Positions 63,143 through 64,000 of a stretch of DNA of 64,000 bases are shown here, piece by piece. Source of the stretch: a virus. How positions within the stretch are numbered: the first letter of the stretch is position 1; each line of letters starts with the position of its first letter. Both the position numbers and the translations under genes were made by a program. The stretch spans positions 3,346 to 67,345 of the IMG/VR virus record IMGVR_UViG_3300011116_000448; one strand, given 5' to 3'. The notes beneath the pieces were generated by a model. It was not told where the DNA came from, did not search any database, and saw nothing but the letters and a program-made list of their open reading frames with translations.

Positions 63143-63393
63143 TCAATTTGACACCCGAAGAGATTAGAACTATCATAAGTGCCACAATGCTTCAGCACAA
63201 CAACGGGAAGTTGTTCGTTCCATATAAAACCCCTTTGCAACTTGCTGATGCTTTTGAAGCCCTACGTATTGCAGGTGAACGAATTATTGAAGCATCTGTA
63301 GATAAAGAACGCAAGCTAACTGCTGATTGGATGCGCAACAACGTGGCTGCGTCTATGGCGTTTCAATGGAAGGACAAATACACACGTGAGTGA
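63139..63393 (+). CDS. hypothetical protein
   Basis: GGGAG SD; ATGA overlap. Confidence 0.55.
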   Translation: MINLTPEEIRTIISATMLQHNNGKLFVPYKTPLQLADAFEALRIAGERIIEASVDKERKLTADWMRNNVAASMAFQWKDKYTRE

Positions 63394-63558
63394 TAACTTT
63401 TTAGTAGGTTTATTTTTATTTATGGCTGGAATCTTTTTTGGAATCATCATTGCAACCCATTTGAAAGTAAGCGACATGCGAATGCAAGAACGCCTCTTTG
63501 AGAATTGCCTTGTTTGGAAAAAAGACTTTGACTTGTGCAGAAAGGAATTTATGCCATC

Positions 63559-63987
63559 ATGACGTTTGAACAACTGATGGAAATCTACTACGCAGCTAAG
63601 TTCAAGACCCCATCCGTCCCTGACCCGGAGGGCGGGGTGCGGGCTGTGGTTGAGGCGCTGCGGGATGAGTACACAGCAAAGCACGCACTTTGCGAAACTG
63701 TCCACACTTCAATGTCGCGGTATGACTTCAACGAAATCCTCGGCGATGCCGGGTCCGATGCCGCGCGTAAAGCGTATTGGGACAAGCATTACGGCGTTGA
63801 CGAACCGACAGCACCCGCCACCGACCCTGCGCCCGCAGAGCGTAGCGATGCTACTGCTGTGTGTGAGTGGACGCGCGAACACAATCTTCCGGGGTCAGGC
63901 TGGTTTGACTGTGGAGGCAATAGGCACTGGATAAAATCAGAGTGCCCATGCTGCGGCCTTCCCATCAAGTTCACGGAGGCAAAATGA
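63559..63987 (+). CDS. hypothetical protein with C-terminal Cys cluster, GC-richer than its surroundings
   Basis: AAGGA upstream; VCEW...C......CPCCG.PI zinc-ribbon-like end. Confidence 0.55.
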   Translation: MTFEQLMEIYYAAKFKTPSVPDPEGGVRAVVEALRDEYTAKHALCETVHTSMSRYDFNEILGDAGSDAARKAYWDKHYGVDEPTAPATDPAPAERSDATAVCEWTREHNLPGSGWFDCGGNRHWIKSECPCCGLPIKFTEAK

Positions 63988-64000
63988 GCGAGTTTTATTG

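Noticed and set aside
1-64000. Alternative genetic code or prophage state
   Set aside because: Genes are intact under code 11 with all three stops used; no integrase, repressor or host genes appear in the window.

Overview
The whole window is a tailed dsDNA bacteriophage genome segment. It looks podovirus-like: no tape measure, P22/T7-type adaptor/nozzle genes and giant ejection proteins. A Gram-negative host is implied by the spanins, and an alphaproteobacterial host is suggested (inference) by the class II RNR, a GcrA-like HTH and the holin type. There are three blocks. (1) 1-11639 (+): end of the replication/metabolism arm, with T7-like endonuclease I, B12-dependent NrdJ, DUF3310, an 8-gene sugar-transfer cluster (3 GT-A glycosyltransferases, cytidylyltransferase-cupin fusion, 2 SAM methyltransferases, Maf/DUF115-like protein, metallophosphoesterase), an HNH and an endolysin. 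(2) 11770-46845 (-): morphogenesis arm, with TerS, TerL, portal, GroES, scaffold, MCP, adaptors, a Val-Ser-repeat fibre, nozzle, GNAT, 1600-aa and 2579-aa ejection/polyvalent proteins, and a terminal membrane-anchored PAS protein. (3) A ~1.2 kb GC-run-rich, highly structured non-coding region, then early genes (+) including a large amidoligase plus class II glutamine amidotransferase pair, an RNA ligase and an inverted holin/spanin cassette. I saw no tRNA, rRNA, CRISPR array or integrase. The most promising hypotheses are a virion glycosylation system targeting Val-Ser sites, a GG-motif-punctuated ejection polyprotein with a stand-alone partner domain, a PAS-domain holin-like sensor, and a tetraloop-rich ncRNA at the arm junction. 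All family assignments come from motif recognition by eye, not from database searches.
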